Assembly: GCF_009914755.1 (NCBI RefSeq)
Contig: NC_060925.1
Length of the DNA stretch: 64,000 nt
Direction: 5' to 3' (one strand)
Origin: the human T2T-CHM13v2.0 reference genome, Homo sapiens
Positions within the stretch are counted from its first letter, which is position 1; every line of letters starts with the position of its first letter. Positions 43,441 through 60,058 of this stretch are shown here, piece by piece. A program made the position numbers and the translations under genes. Below the pieces are notes generated by a model. It was not told the DNA's origin and ran no database searches. It saw nothing but the letters and a program-made list of their open reading frames with translations.

Positions 43441-44877
43441 CCTCATTAGTTTGGGTAAATATAAAATGGGGAAAATGCAAGATAGGGGCTGGCCTGCTGT
43501 CTGTATTTTAGTATGTCTTCCTAAAGGAATAAATAGGGTAAATAGGATACTTTTGGTTCTTCAGTCTGCAATCAGTCTGCACTAGCAGTGTGATGCTGGC
43601 CTTTAAGAACAAAAGCATCTGTGTGTATCTGTTCCAGTGTTTTTGAAGTTATTGTTCACCCGATGTGTTTCTAGGGCCGTGTCTGCTCCATCGACACCTT
43701 TCTGGGATGAACCTTCAAACATGGGCTGTGGGCCTGGGATCCCCTCGACAGGTGCTGCCAAGAATGAAAATGTGATCTTTGCAGGGTGCTTACCTCCTAT
43801 TAATAAGGAAAAAAGCAAACTAAATTAGTCTTGGGAAGTAAAGTGCCATATGAATCAGCTTTCCTCACTCCGAAAATAACTTGCTAAGAATTTATGATCC
43901 CCTAAGTTCTGCTGATTTTTTATATTGTTTACTTTCCTCTCCAAAATATCAAATAATTCACAGGTGGTATGTATGGTGGCTGTATGGATAATTTGAAATG
44001 AGAAATGGACAGCAAGAGAAATTTCCTTCTAGGGGGTCAGTGCTGGGGTGACTCCCTAAGACTAATGGTGCTGGATTAATAACCTGGGGCTGCTTCAGTA
44101 TTCATGGCTTGTTCCCTCTGAAGGCTGGGATATTTCCCACTTTTATGTCCTGCACAAAACTGTAAAGCAAAGATGGTTTCATTGCAGCTATGTGCGTAAT
44201 GAGATGCGCAAGAGCTGCTCTTGCCCATTAATCAGCGTTTGGGGGAGGCTTCTGGAAGCCTGACCTATTGCCGCGGTAGCTGATCTGAATGCAATGATTT
44301 TTCCCCTGTGGGAGCCGAGGCTGCAGGACCTGAGAGCTGGCTCTGGCAGCCTGGGGGCCCTGGCCATGAAGTTGTACTGCAGAGAGGAAGGGTGGTCCCA
44401 TCATCAGGGCGCACAGGCAAATGGCTGGGGTTTCTCAGATGAAAAGGCTGCAGGGCCTTGGAAGGAACCATAGGATATATGGTTTGCAAGAGACCACCTA
44501 TTTCTGGGGTCCATCTCGCCAGCCCCTCTGGCCTTACTGGGGTGGGGGAGGTAGAGGAGGGTGGATGTAGCTACATTCAACAGGGATTTGAGTGCAACTC
44601 TGTGCCAGGCACTGGGCCAGATGCCGGGGAGAGAAAGCTGAATAATTCAGACATTCCCTCTCCCATTAAGGTGCTCTCAAGGGTGTGGGGGGAGGCAAAC
44701 TGCTGATTTCAATGAACTAGACTGGCGAGGTGGGAGAGATGTGAGCAGCACACAGGTGACTACTACTTACCAGCTTTGGGGATGGAGTGGGGGAAGAGGG
44801 GCATTGTGGTTTGAGAAGGCTTCCGGGAGAAGTAATGTCTGAGCTAAATCTAAGGAGTAATTAATATTTGGCCAAGA

Positions 44878-45236
<359 letters not shown>

Positions 45237-45575
45237 TTATCCCAGCAAGGGACCTGCAAGGGATGAAGCTGGTGGCAGCACAAAGAGCGAGGCGTGAGGC
45301 AGGCAGCAGTGAGGCCTGCGGAGCCTGGGTAGTGGATTGCTGCTCAGGCCCTGTGAGAATTCTGACTTCATCATGATATTCCTATATGTCCAGGGGGGGA
45401 GTCATCCGTGGCACGGCCTCATGTGTGATTCAGAATGTATTGTGGGAGTGGCAGCCCCGGTGGGAGAAGGGAAATGACTCAGGAGAGCAGGTCTGGATTT
45501 CCTGCTACCTGTGGCTCCCCTTGCCAGAATTCTGATATAAACTAAGACTATAAGATTAGTTTCAAAAGGTTTTAG

Positions 45576-45969
<394 letters not shown>

Positions 45970-46865
45970 AGTAGCTGTTTTTACCTTTTCCGGCATGACC
46001 TTTTTCTGGCTACTTTAATGTTCCTTCCCAAAAATGTCTTATCTTTATGGTGGTGGCTTTTCTTGAGACGTGGCAGAGTCAGGCCTGGGCTGGACTCCTT
46101 CCCTGGGATTCATGTGAACCATGGTTGAAGTCTGTGCTTCAGGGCTCCTCCATCCTTCTTAGATGGCTTGAGAAGAGGGTGGGAAAACAGTTGAAGAAGG
46201 GTCAGTGATACAACGTTATCTTTCTCGCCTCTGGAGATAAAGTAGAAAAAAAAGAAATGTCTTCGGTTTGTATTTGGATACACACATCACTCACTAGCTG
46301 CTGAGATCCATGATAGCATCATGAATATCAGCATTAAAAGGCTGCTTTGAGGATCAATAGCAATGCTTGCACTGCATTTAAATATCTGCAATTAAGGTCG
46401 AAGCCTGAAAACACGACTCCTGGGAGGCCCACGAGACCTGGGGGAAGGGACAAGTTGAACCTTAGTTATATATTTCAATGACCTAGAGATCAATATATGC
46501 CAGATCACATTTTCTTTCTTATCTGTTCTTTAAATCTCAATCTTCACTTGGGTCCACATTTTCAGGGTACTCCATCAGCTTGGTGTTTTTGGTGGCAGAT
46601 GCGGTGACGCCCTGGCTGGTAGTGTTTGAACCTGGCCTAAAGGACATCTGAGTGAGAGTTCAAAAGACGGAAGCATGGCGGGGATATCTGTGCTGATACA
46701 CAGAGGGGGAAAATTGGCACGACCCCTCATGCAAAGCTGAAAAATGTGGGATAGATTTAGTCTGACAGTGGGCGTGGAGGGAGATTCTAGCAAGTCTTTA
46801 ATGTGGGATGCAGCCATCTGTCTTCCAGAGTTATGAAGGTTGGGCATGGATACAAAGACCCTTAG

Positions 46866-47366
<501 letters not shown>

Positions 47367-47994
47367 TAGTGTCAGTGAGTCTCTGCGTGGTAGAGCTGGT
47401 GGTCAGAGTGGACCTAAAGCCAGAAATCACAGCATGAGCCAATGAAACTGCTGAATATACTCAGCCTCTTGGTTTCTCCAACTTCTGAGGCTGTCTCTAG
47501 CACAGGTGTCTTCATGAGGTCCCTGGTTGCCCTCTGAAACTATGATTTGATTTCCTGCATGTTCTCCTTCTTGCTGCCGTCCATGAATCCGAGACCTGCT
47601 TTCATGGTTATCCTTTCTCCTGATGTTTCTCTGATCATCATAACTCTTGGCTGCCATGCCCCACTCTGGCCTCCCTGGAGCACTGTCCATTCACATGCCC
47701 AACCTGTTGAACAGAGGATCCTTGGTATTATCGTGAGTCATTTTCTGACCCCACAGCCCTGCTTTAGAGTATTTCTTTTTGCCTGTCCTTTGCACGTGCT
47801 CAGTAAGTGTTTGGACTGTCAGAGGTAGGTGGATAGACAAAAATCTCTGCACTCATGGTGTTTATATTCTAATGGAGCAGAGAGACAATACGCAAATTGT
47901 ATATTGTACAAAAATGCGACATGTTGTCAGATAAGTACTAAGAAGGAAAATATAGCAGAGTAAAAAGACAGAGAGTGATATGGCACAATTTCAG

Positions 47995-48240
47995 AGACAT
48001 TTGAAAGTGGAAAGTGTTATTGATTTGGAATCAGGTCTAGATTCAAATCCTGATTCCCTTACCCTCTAGGACAACTAACTTAACCCCTATGAGCCTCAGT
48101 TTCCTTATCCGTAATATGTAAATCATGTTTATTCTTTAGGGTTGTTAGAGGGTAACAAGGATTATAGTTTGAGTATGGTGCCTGAATATGGGCGTAATGC
48201 ATGTGAGCCTTCATTGCTCTTATGAGCACCATTATTTTTG
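47995..48240 (+). mobile_element. MIR
   Basis: ttcaaatcctg ... acttaacccctatgagcctcagtttccttatccgtaa. Confidence 0.75.
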
Positions 48241-48261
48241 TCACTATAAAATCAAGGGCTC

Positions 48262-48555
48262 GGCTGGGCACGCTGGCTCACGCCTGTAATCCCAGCACTT
48301 TGGGAGGCTGAGGCGGGTGGATCACAAGGTCAGGAGATCGAGACCATCCTGGTTAACACAGTGAAACCCCGTCTCTACTAAATATACAAAAAAATTAGCT
48401 GGGCGTGGTGGCGGGTGCCTGTAGTCCCAGCTACTTGGGAGGCTGAGGCAGGAGAATGGTGCGAACCCAGGAGGCAGAGCTTGCAGTGAGCTGAGATCAG
48501 TGCCTGGGTGACAGAGTGAGACTCTGTCTCAAAAAAAAAAAAAAAAAAAAAAAAA
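48262..48555 (+). mobile_element. Alu (AluY-like) with short internal deletion
   Basis: gagatcgagaccatcctgg, aggagaatgg, gagcttgcag; TSD aaaatcaagggctc. Confidence 0.95.
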
Positions 48556-49811
48556 TCAAGGGCTCTACTGGTCAGCTGCATTGAACAGGCTATTCTTTAG
48601 CTTGGAATCTTCCAGTGAGTTTGCAAATATCAAGAAATCTCTCTCTCTCTCTCTTTTTTTTGCATAGACTATGAGCAACTCAACTTCTCTAGAACAATGT
48701 TTCTTGAACTTTTTGGTCTCAGGACCTCTCTTACACTCCTAAAAGTTATTGAGGAACCCAAAGAGCTTCTGCTCATGAATTACAGCTATACTATTTACTG
48801 CATTAGAAATTAAAACTGAGAAATTATTAAAATATGCAAACTTATTAAAATTACAGTAATAAACTCATTTTATGTTAACATAAATAACATATTGTTTAAT
48901 GAAAAATAACTATACTTTCCAAAAACAAAACAAAATTTAGTGAGAAGGGTAATGTTTAACATTTTTGCAAATTTCTTTAATGTTTGGCTTAATGAAAGAC
49001 AATTGGATTCTCATATCTGCTTCTGCCTTCAGTCTGTTTTGGTATGTTGAAACAAATGAAGAAATTTAGCTTTACACAGATGCATAATTAGAAAAGGAAG
49101 TAGTATTTTAATAGCCATTTCAGAGAATTGTGAATATTTCTCTTTGTTACTATATCAAAACCCTACAAGCGGTACTTTCTTAGATGTTAGTTGCAGCGCA
49201 GAATCTGATATATGCTGTCCGCAGAAGCCCACCTTAAATAAAAAGACAAAAATAGTATATTTTTTTGTATACAGTTACATTAAAATCCATTGGCCTATCC
49301 TTTTTTCAAGGGGATATATTTTAATGTGGATCTTGGAAAGATCTTTTATCCTGGCATTTTGTCACAGCAGTTGTTTTGAAAATATTGGTTCCCTGAGTTA
49401 TGCAGATCTTCCACATGTTGACACGTTTTATTATACAATAACCCCCACCCCAAAATGGCTTTGTTATTATCAGTACCAAAGTCCTCAGAAAAGTCTTTAC
49501 ATTTTGCAAGTTGTCAAGTTCACAATGGTGAGCACAAGTTTTTCCCAATTCTAATTCTTACTTAAAAACTCACATTTTATCATTGGCAACAAATATGGTC
49601 AGTTGAAGTGATAGTCTGCCCAATACCTGTCTGTTATTATTAATAATTTCTAATTTAATTCCATTGTAGTCAGAGAATACACTGATAAATGAATTCCTTT
49701 TTTTGTGAATTCATTTAATTCTTTTAAATTTATTGAGACATATTATGGCTCAGAATATATGTTGGTAAACATTCTGTGTGCATGTGAAAAGAATTTGTAT
49801 ATTGCTGTTAG

Positions 49812-50159
<348 letters not shown>

Positions 50160-50564
50160 CCTTAATGTTTTATGTTTACTTGTTTTATTGATTATTAAGG
50201 GAGGGATACGGAAATCTCTAATTACAGTTGTAGATTTGTCTATTTCTTCTTGTATTTCTATCAGTTTTTGCTTCATATATGTTGAAGCTCTGTTGTTTCA
50301 TAAACATTTGTGACTGTTATGTCCTCATGACTAATTAACTTCTCTATAATTAACTTCTCTATTATGAAATGACTCTTTTTATCTGTAGTAGTATTTTTTG
50401 TTCTGAAATCTGCTTTTTGTGATATTAACATAGCCATTGCAAATTTCTTTTTATTAGTGTTGCAATGGTATATCTTCTTCCATTCTTTTAGTTTTAACTT
50501 ATTTTTGTCTTTTCATTTAAGGTGGGCTTCTGTAGATAACATATAGTTTGGTCTTGCTGTTTAA

Positions 50565-50879
<315 letters not shown>

Positions 50880-50995
50880 AATCTCTGTCTTTTATTTGAA
50901 GTAGTTAGACCACTTATATTTAATGCAATTATCAATATGGTTAAGTTTCTATTTGTTTTCTGTTTCCCCATCTGTTGTTTGTCCCCCTTTTCTCT

Positions 50996-51303
50996 TATTT
51001 ATTTATTTATTTATTTATTTTTGAGATGGAGTCCTGCTCTGTTGCCTGGGCTGAAGTGCAGTGGCATGATCTTGGCTCACTGCAACCTGTATCTCCTGGG
51101 TTCAAGAAATTTTCCTCCCTCAGCCTCCTGAGTAGCTGGTATTACAGGCACCCACCACCATGTCTAGCTAATTTTTGCATTTTTAGTAGAGACAGGGTTT
51201 CACCATTTGACCAGGCTGGCCTTGAACTCCTGATCTCAAGAAATCCACCTGCCTCGGCCTCCCAGAGTGCTGGGATTATAGGCGTGAGCCACTGCACCCG
51301 GCC
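50996..51303 (-). mobile_element. Alu (AluS-like)
   Basis: Full length, (TTTA)n tail; TSD ccttttctctt. Confidence 0.95.
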
Positions 51304-52627
51304 CCTTTTCTCTTTTTCTGCCTTCTTTTGGATTAACTGAACATTTTTTTATCATTCCATTTTATCTCTTTTGTTGGCTGGCTTATCTATAAATCTTTGT
51401 TATTTTAGTGCTTGTTTTAGAGTTTTTAGCGTCCATCTTTGACTTATCATAGTCCACTTTCAGGTGATGTTATACCACTTCATGTATAGTATAAGAACCT
51501 TATTATAGTATAATTTCATTTCTTCCTTCCCATCTTTTTTTAAATTCTTCTCATACCTTTTACTTATAGATTTGTTATAAACCCTGTGATTTATTATTTT
51601 GCTTTAAGTAGTTGTTTATCTTTTTAATAGATTTAAGGAATAAAAAGTCTTTATATATACCCACATCTCTACCATTTCCAGTGCTCTTCATTTCTTTGTG
51701 TAGATCCAGATTTCCATCTGCTATTTTTTTCCCTTCTGCCTGAATGAGTTGCTTTAATATGTCTTGTAGTGCATGTCTGCTGGTCATGAATTCTTTCAGT
51801 TTTTGTATCTATAAAAAAGTATTTCACTTTTGTTTTTGAAAGATATTTTCAATGGATAAAGAATTCTAGGTTGATAGTTTTTGTTTTTTCTCTTAGCACT
51901 TTAAAGAAGTTTCTCTATGTCTTCTGGCTTGCTAGCATAATTTCTGATGAGAAGTCTGCAGTTATTCATATCTTTGTTTTTCTCTGTACAATGCATCCAT
52001 TTCCTGTGGCTGCTTTTAGGATTTTTTCTTTATCACTGGAGTTAATCAAGATGATTATGATGTGCCGTGGTGTAGTTTTCTTATGTTTCTGGTGCTTGGG
52101 GCTCGTTGAGCTACTTGGATATGTGGATTTATAGTTATATCAAATTTGGAAAATTTTGGCTGTTAGTTTTTCTATTTGTTTCTGTCCCATCCTCTGCATA
52201 GGGAACTTTTACATATATTAGACTGCTTAAAGTTGTTGCAGATACTCTATTCAGTTTTTTCTTTTTCCTGTTTCATTTCCTGTCTTTCAGTTCACTAATA
52301 TTTTCTTTAGTGGTGTCTAATTGTCTGTTAATTACACCCAGTGTGTTTTTCACCTCAGACTGCATCTTAGGTTTTCACTGCAGTTTGCATCTTTAGAAGT
52401 TTTACTTGGATCTGTTTAATTCTCCCATATCTCTTTTTAATGTTTAATCTTCATACCCACTAATTTTATCAGTGTATAATTTCTGGTTTGGTTGTGATTG
52501 ATTTTTCTTCTTATTATGAATCATATTTTCCTGCTTCTTTGTATGCCTGGGAATTTTGTCTTTGATTCCAGACATTATGAATTTATCATATTGGGTACTG
52601 TGTACATGTTTATTCTTGTAAATATTC

Positions 52628-52933
52628 TTTTTTTTTTTTTTTTTTTTTTTGATACAGAGTCTCACTCTGTTGCCCAGGCTGGAGTGCTGTGGCGGTGATC
52701 TCGGCTCACTGCAACCTCCGCCTCCCGGGTTCAAGCGATTCTCCTGCCTCAGCCTCCTGAGTAGCTGGGATCACAGGTGTATGCCACCATGTCTGGCTAA
52801 TTTTTGTATTTTCAGTAGAGACGGGGTTTTACCATGTTGGCCAGGCTGGTCTCAAATGCCTGACCCCAAGTGATCCACCCCCTTTGGCCTCCCAAAGTGC
52901 TGGGATTACAGGCATGAGCCACCGTGCCCAGCC
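52628..52933 (-). mobile_element. Alu (AluSx-like)
   Basis: TSD tattcttgtaaatattct / tattcttataaatattct. Confidence 0.96.
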
Positions 52934-53191
52934 TATTCTTATAAATATTCTTGAGCATTGTTCTGGAATGTGGTTACATTATTTGGAATTAGTTTAACCC
53001 TTTCACATTTCGCTTTTATGCTTTTTTAGGTGGGTACAGAACATCATTGAGTTCAGGGCTGATTTTTTTTACCCACTACTGAGGTAAAACTCTACTGAGT
53101 ACTCTCCCCTATGCCCCATATATTATGAAGATTTTACTCTTGTTAGCGGAAACAGGCACTATTTCTGGTCCAAGTGTGAGTGACAGTGATT

Positions 53192-53492
53192 GTTGTTTTG
53201 TTTATTTGTTTGTTTGAGACAGAGTCTCGCTCTGTTGCCCAGGCTGGAGTGCAGTGGCGCGATCTTGGCTCACTGCAACCTCCACCTCCCAGGTTTGAGC
53301 AATTCTCTGCCTCAGCCTCCCAAGTAGCTGGGATTACAGGTGCCCACCACCACAGCCAGTTAATTTTTGTATTTTTAGCAGAGGGGGCTTTCACCATCTT
53401 GGCCAGGCTGGTCTTGAACACCTGACCTTGTGATCCACCCGCCTTGGCCTCCCAAAGTGTTGAGATTACCGGCGTGAGCCACGTGCCCAGCC
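53192..53492 (-). mobile_element. Alu (AluSg-like)
   Basis: Full length; TSD gattgttgtttt. Confidence 0.95.
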
Positions 53493-54100
53493 GATTGTTG
53501 TTTTTAATCCTGTTAAAAGGTGTTACAAGGCCTGAGATAGTTTCCTCATACACGTGCACTGATCCATGTCTATTTGACTACTTGAAGCAGCCTCTGCACA
53601 GCTCTGGAGTTCTCTGTGTGTCTTTTTCCAACACTCTGCCCTGTGACCTCTGGCTGCCTTGGCCTTCTTACATTCTTAGTTCCTTCTCAACTCAGGAAGA
53701 TTGCTCGACTTAGGATGCCCTCCTGTGCCATGGTTTGGAAACTCTATAGCAAGAAAGCTGGGGCAGTCCCGGGGCTGACCTTGCCGTTCTTCACTCCCAG
53801 ATGTCTGATATCTAGAGAACTGATGTTTCATAAATGTTGTCGTTTTTTAGTTATTTTAAGCAGGAGAGGACCTCTAGTCCTTCTTACTCCATCTTGGCCA
53901 GAGGCAGAAGCCCTGCCAAATACCTGCATCTAAAGAACCATAGTTTTAAAAAAAATCAGTTGTTTTTTTTAAAATAAAAATTGGCATTCCATGAAAAAAG
54001 TTGCTCATTTAGCTTGTAACTCAGTCACACAAATGCTTTTCTTCAAGACAACCATCATACTTTAGATTGCAGCAGAAGTGTTTTAAAAGCACATTAGAAG

Positions 54101-54138
54101 TGATGGTAAAGACCACAGTTACTTTTGCACCAACCTAA
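54101..54138. mobile_element. MADE1 half element (one Hsmar1-type TIR)
   Basis: gatggtaaagaccacagttacttttgcaccaacctaa matches the MADE1 arm. Confidence 0.8.
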
Positions 54139-54159
54139 AGAATAAAAGCTGTCATTTTT

Positions 54160-54455
<296 letters not shown>

Positions 54456-54789
54456 TTATTTTGATTGCTTCATTAAGGAATTCTAAAGTAAAACTGGCAA
54501 AGCGTGTGTGCATGTGTGTGTGTTTTTCTGTAAGCACATGGCAATGAAGAATATGTGATTACCAGTACAGTTGGTTGCTACTACCTTGATTTGTGGTGAG
54601 GCCCCAGCAGTTTTACCCACGGTTGCTTTTGCTCCAGCAGTGCAAATGCCAATACAGTGAAAAAGGCAAATCAATTCTTGGTGTTTTACAAAAATGGTTC
54701 TGACCTCTCTGTCTCCCAAAAGGATCTCTTAAGGATGCCCGAAGGGTCTGCAGACCATATTTGGAGAACTGCTACCCTACAGACAGCCT

Positions 54790-55330
54790 TGTATCTGTGT
54801 ACAGAGACATGAGCAAGAATGTTCTGTGTTAACAACGTTTACACTAATAGAAATTCGGAAACAATTTAAAGTTCATCAGTAGTAGAAGGGGCAAATAAAT
54901 TGCAGTATTCTTATATAATGAAATAGTATATAGCAGTTGAAATGAATAAGCTAAGGCTGTGTGTATATATGTATAAAGATCAAAATTCAGTGGGGAAAAA
55001 AACAAGTTGCAAAAAGAAATGTACAGCACGGTACCATTTATATAAGCTTAAAACGTAAAAAATATTTGTTGTTTATGGACGCCTACGTATATAGTAAATA
55101 AAAACTAAATGGAAGATAGCAGCTGCCTCTGAGAGGGAGGGAGGAGAATGAGATGGGCAGGTACAGAGTAGCTGCAGTTATATCTGTAATTCTTTTTTAT
55201 TTCTAAAAAATAAATTGGAGGATATCTAGTGAATTTTTATGACAGAAAATACGATTGGTTGGCACGCAGGTTTTTATTAGATTATCCTCTATAGGTTTTG
55301 GAAAGCTTGAAGTCTTCCATAATCATCATC
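54790..55330 (+). mobile_element. L1ME-type 3' fragment
   Basis: aaataaattgcagtattc ... gcagttgaaatgaataag ... taccatttatataa. Confidence 0.65.
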
Positions 55331-55439
55331 ATCATCACTGAGAAATAGAGAAGAAGAGAGAATGTGTGAACACATGATGGATTCTCAGTTCTACGTGAAA
55401 ACTGCTAAATGAATACTAGTTGGCGAGCCCACCACGATT

Positions 55440-55690
55440 ATTATCATAGTGCTAACAGCTGCCATTATGGAGAGGGTGCGATCAGCCAGGGACCTCACCT
55501 AGTTTCATATTCAGCTTTATTATCACCTATGAAGTAGGACTTACGATCCTAATTCCACAACAGAGACGACTAGCATTCAGAAAGGTTAAGTTACATGCTG
55601 ATGTCATGCAGTGAGTCAGTTATGAAGTCATGATTGGAAACTAGGCCTTTTGGGTTCAAGGTTTGTGCTTTTTCCATTCCGCTAACATCT
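55440..55690 (-). mobile_element. MIR
   Basis: cagaaaggttaagttacatgctgatgtcatgcagtgagtcag. Confidence 0.65.
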
Positions 55691-56597
55691 GAGGTGATTG
55701 GCTTGTTATCTGAAGTTACTCTGTTTTTATTTCTCTTTCAGCTCTTCTTCCAAACCTATTTTCGGGCATAGTTTGTTACGTTTCTGCTAAGCGAGTTGGC
55801 TCTATCAATTACAGTATTTTTGTTGCCACAGCAACAATAATGCAGCCATATTATTAGGTATCACTACTGTTTTGTTCTGCTGTGAGCTTCAGCCAGGCAG
55901 GTGCCCTGCTATTTGCAGAGGTCTCTCTTCGTGGCTGTGGCTTTCTTGTCTTCGGGGTTAATTGCGTGGAGGCTGTGTTTCAGTGAGGCCTTGGAAGTTC
56001 GGGGCTGGTACTACAGCCTGCTATAGGAAGACTTCTTCATCGGTTTTATAATGGGATCATTTATAATGTCTTAGATAGTAAAACAAAAGAACCTTTTGAG
56101 TTTGTTGATGATAATATCCTACGGACACATCAAGCATTGTCTAAAGATTTACTTGAACTAATTGAGTAGATGATGGAAAGAGAGACGATACACTTGCTCA
56201 TTTGTTTAGTTCTTTCTACTTGCAGCTGTCTGATAAAGAAAAACGGAGGTAGAATGCTTGAGATTGCATGAATGCTTCTGGGAGGATGGGTTGGGATTTA
56301 CAGAGTTTAAAAACAGAAGTTTGAGAGTTTCATAGGCATGTTTACCTGCCAGCATCACTGCAGAACCAGGAGGGGTGCGTGAGGCAGAGAGGCAGGCGGA
56401 GGAGCAGGGAGAGGATCCCACTTGAGGTGGCACGTTGGCCTTTCCCTGTGCTCCGGCTGGAATCAACGAGGCATTTGTTCCCTGCCCAGCCCCAATCTGT
56501 GCTGCTTTCTCTCTCTGCTGGGTTCTTCGCATTGGGCTTTATGCTACTTCGAAAAATGGACAGTGTTTTCGTTAAGTTTTAGATAAATTTAAAAACA

Positions 56598-56890
<293 letters not shown>

Positions 56891-56984
56891 TGCAGCTTTG
56901 GGAAACAGTAACTGACACACACTGTTACTAGGAATATATATATTGGTTTGATCTTTATTTTTTTTTTTTTTTGCCATATTTTAA

Positions 56985-57210
56985 ACACAATGGTTAAAAT
57001 TACTGGCTTCGGAGTGAAATTGCTATTTTCCAGCTGTAAGACCTTGGGCAAGTTACTTAACCTCTCGAGGCCTCAGTTTCCTCAACTATAAAATGAGGCT
57101 ACGTTAGTGCCTACTTAATGAAGTTCTCGTGAGGAGTTTACAATACATGAAAAGTGCTTACAGGAGTGTCTGCACAGAGTAAATGTGCAGTGGGTGTTGC
57201 TGTTATTATT
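56985..57210 (+). mobile_element. MIR (well-preserved core)
   Basis: gaccttgggcaagttacttaacctctcgaggcctcagtttcctcaactataaaatg. Confidence 0.88.
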
Positions 57211-57798
57211 ATATATTAAAAGTCAAAGTGTTGATTTTCTTTAAGTCAAATTCATATTTAGAAATTTTTCCTATAAAAATGTGATCATGAGCATTCAAAG
57301 GCATATTTACATGCATATTCATTGTGGCATTGTTTGTCATTGCAAAGTAACCTAAATGTCCACCAGTGGGGACATCATGGTGCACCCATAAAATGGAATC
57401 TTGTGTAGTGGTTAAAAAGGATACAGAGATCAATGCCATATATTAAGTGAAAAAATTAGTTTTTCTGCCATTTCAATTTAAAGATTTCAAACGTATTTCA
57501 AAAATATAACAAAATTGAAAGAGTTTTGCAATGAAACCCATAAACCCACCAAGTAGCGCCTGTGGCTAGCATTTCATTTTACCTGCCTTATCAATATTCA
57601 CCCTTCTGTTTTCATCCATCCATCTTGATATTTTGATTCATTTCAGGAAGGTTGTACACATCAATACACTTTCTCCCAAATATTTCAACAGGTAGGAATA
57701 TCATTCATTAGAGTTCACAGTTTGTTCATATTTCTTTTGAAACATTAGTTTTTATAACAATACAGATATTGTATGTACCCATTTATATAAATAACAAA

Positions 57799-58179
<381 letters not shown>

Positions 58180-59214
58180 TTACTGAGCAATGTGACTTTT
58201 ACTTTATGCTTTATATACTTCTGTGTGAATTACGCCATTTAATATATTGTTGGAGTGTGGCGTCATGGCTGCCACCTTCCCACTTTTCTTCCTCCTCCTC
58301 CTCCTCCCTTCTTTTTTACTATCATCATCATCAAACCTAGTTATACAAAGCTTTGCTTCCCTTGCAAAGCTACAAAATGCCCAGGCAACCCTTGTAATTC
58401 TTGAAGCACAGGGGACAGAAATGGAGCATTCTTTGGATTAGAGAGACTTGTGTTGTCCTTAATTAAGTCTGGGGTCCTTTCTGATACCTTGGTTTGAGGA
58501 CTCTGAATTAAAATTAATAGCGCTTCCTTTCACATCTGAACCATTGTCCAAGAGCCTCATTTTAGTGAGATATTGAAAAACAAATGGAGATATTTGGAAG
58601 ACGTGTAGGTATGTGGGGCGATTTATCTCAAGGGGCATTCTATTCTGTGAAATGCTCGAAGCTAATTGGCATGTGGCTAATGGGAATCGCTTTAAAGTCT
58701 GAAACCAAAGTTCTAAAAGGCAGAAAGATGAGGCGCTTAGATTTGTTGCAATTAGGTATCCAAGCACCTAAACCCACTTGATAATTTTCTCTTCATTTCT
58801 GTGGGCTGTGGAGTGTGGGAGGAAAATGGGTAACCTATAGGGGAGTGGGAGTGTGAGTACAGACTTACATATAATTTACTTTCCTGGAAAGATATAGACA
58901 AGTCATTTCAATTGCCTTTTTTCTGGGGGCGTGTACCCTACAGATTCTGCTTGGAGTTGGTTGGAGTCCATTAGAAGTGGCAAAACATTTTTTTTTTTTT
59001 ATGGAGGAATTCAGGAACTTTTAGAGCTTTGCAGTGCATATTTTAAAATATGTTAAGTGCTATCAGAAGGCTTGGATACTTCAATCTTCTTTAAATAAAT
59101 GGATTTTACAATTGCAAAGTGGCGACTTTTCTTTTTTTGGGTGGCAACTCACCACAGCCCCACCTTTCAAGTGAAATTTTAGACACGCTAACTGTGATTT
59201 TTTTTTTTTTTTGG

Positions 59215-59580
59215 CTTTTAGCATTTTGGAATAAAGTCGAAAGTTTCAAAAGCTGCCAGCATATTTCAATTTAATCTGCTGCTGTGTTGTCTCTTGATAG
59301 CGTAATGCCAGGGCTACAGAGATGTTTTCACGATGTAAATAATTTGTGTACTGTAAGTTGTCTAAACACGGCATGCGTGTGATCCGGTGCAATCAGATTG
59401 CTTGGATATGGCTTTACGTGACGGACTGTAATGGTTGCTTCGGAGTCATTAGAGCCTAGTATGTAAATAATCCACATTTTAAAATTGTCTTAAATGTGCT
59501 TAGACAATGGATGAATGCCTCCTCTGGATTCATTAATTCCATCAAGAATTCACAGTTCACAGCACCTGAAGGCATCAGCC
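59215..59580. promoter_or_regulatory. Candidate conserved non-coding element / enhancer
   Basis: Repeat-free, AT-rich, 9 CpGs in ~210 bp, duplicated ATGTAAATAAT, palindrome GCAATCAGATTGC; conservation not tested. Confidence 0.5.
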
Positions 59581-59717
59581 TGCTTCTTCCCAAATGAGCT
59601 CTTGGCACTGTCAGCTTGCCCGTCTCCCAGGTGTACCCGTAAGCAGGGAGTCAGGGGTCATCTTTTCACCTTGACATGTGCAAGGTCATGACCACAGCCA
59701 GGTACAATACAGAATAA

Positions 59718-60058
<341 letters not shown>

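Noticed and set aside
46293-46387. Minus-strand exon-like segment (ttgcag ... gtgagt; YLNAVQALLLILK / QPFNADIHDAIMDLSS)
   Set aside because: Needs a frameshift to read as one peptide, the pyrimidine tract is weak and I recognise no homologue. A tblastx hit to vertebrate coding sequence would be needed to call a pseudo-exon.
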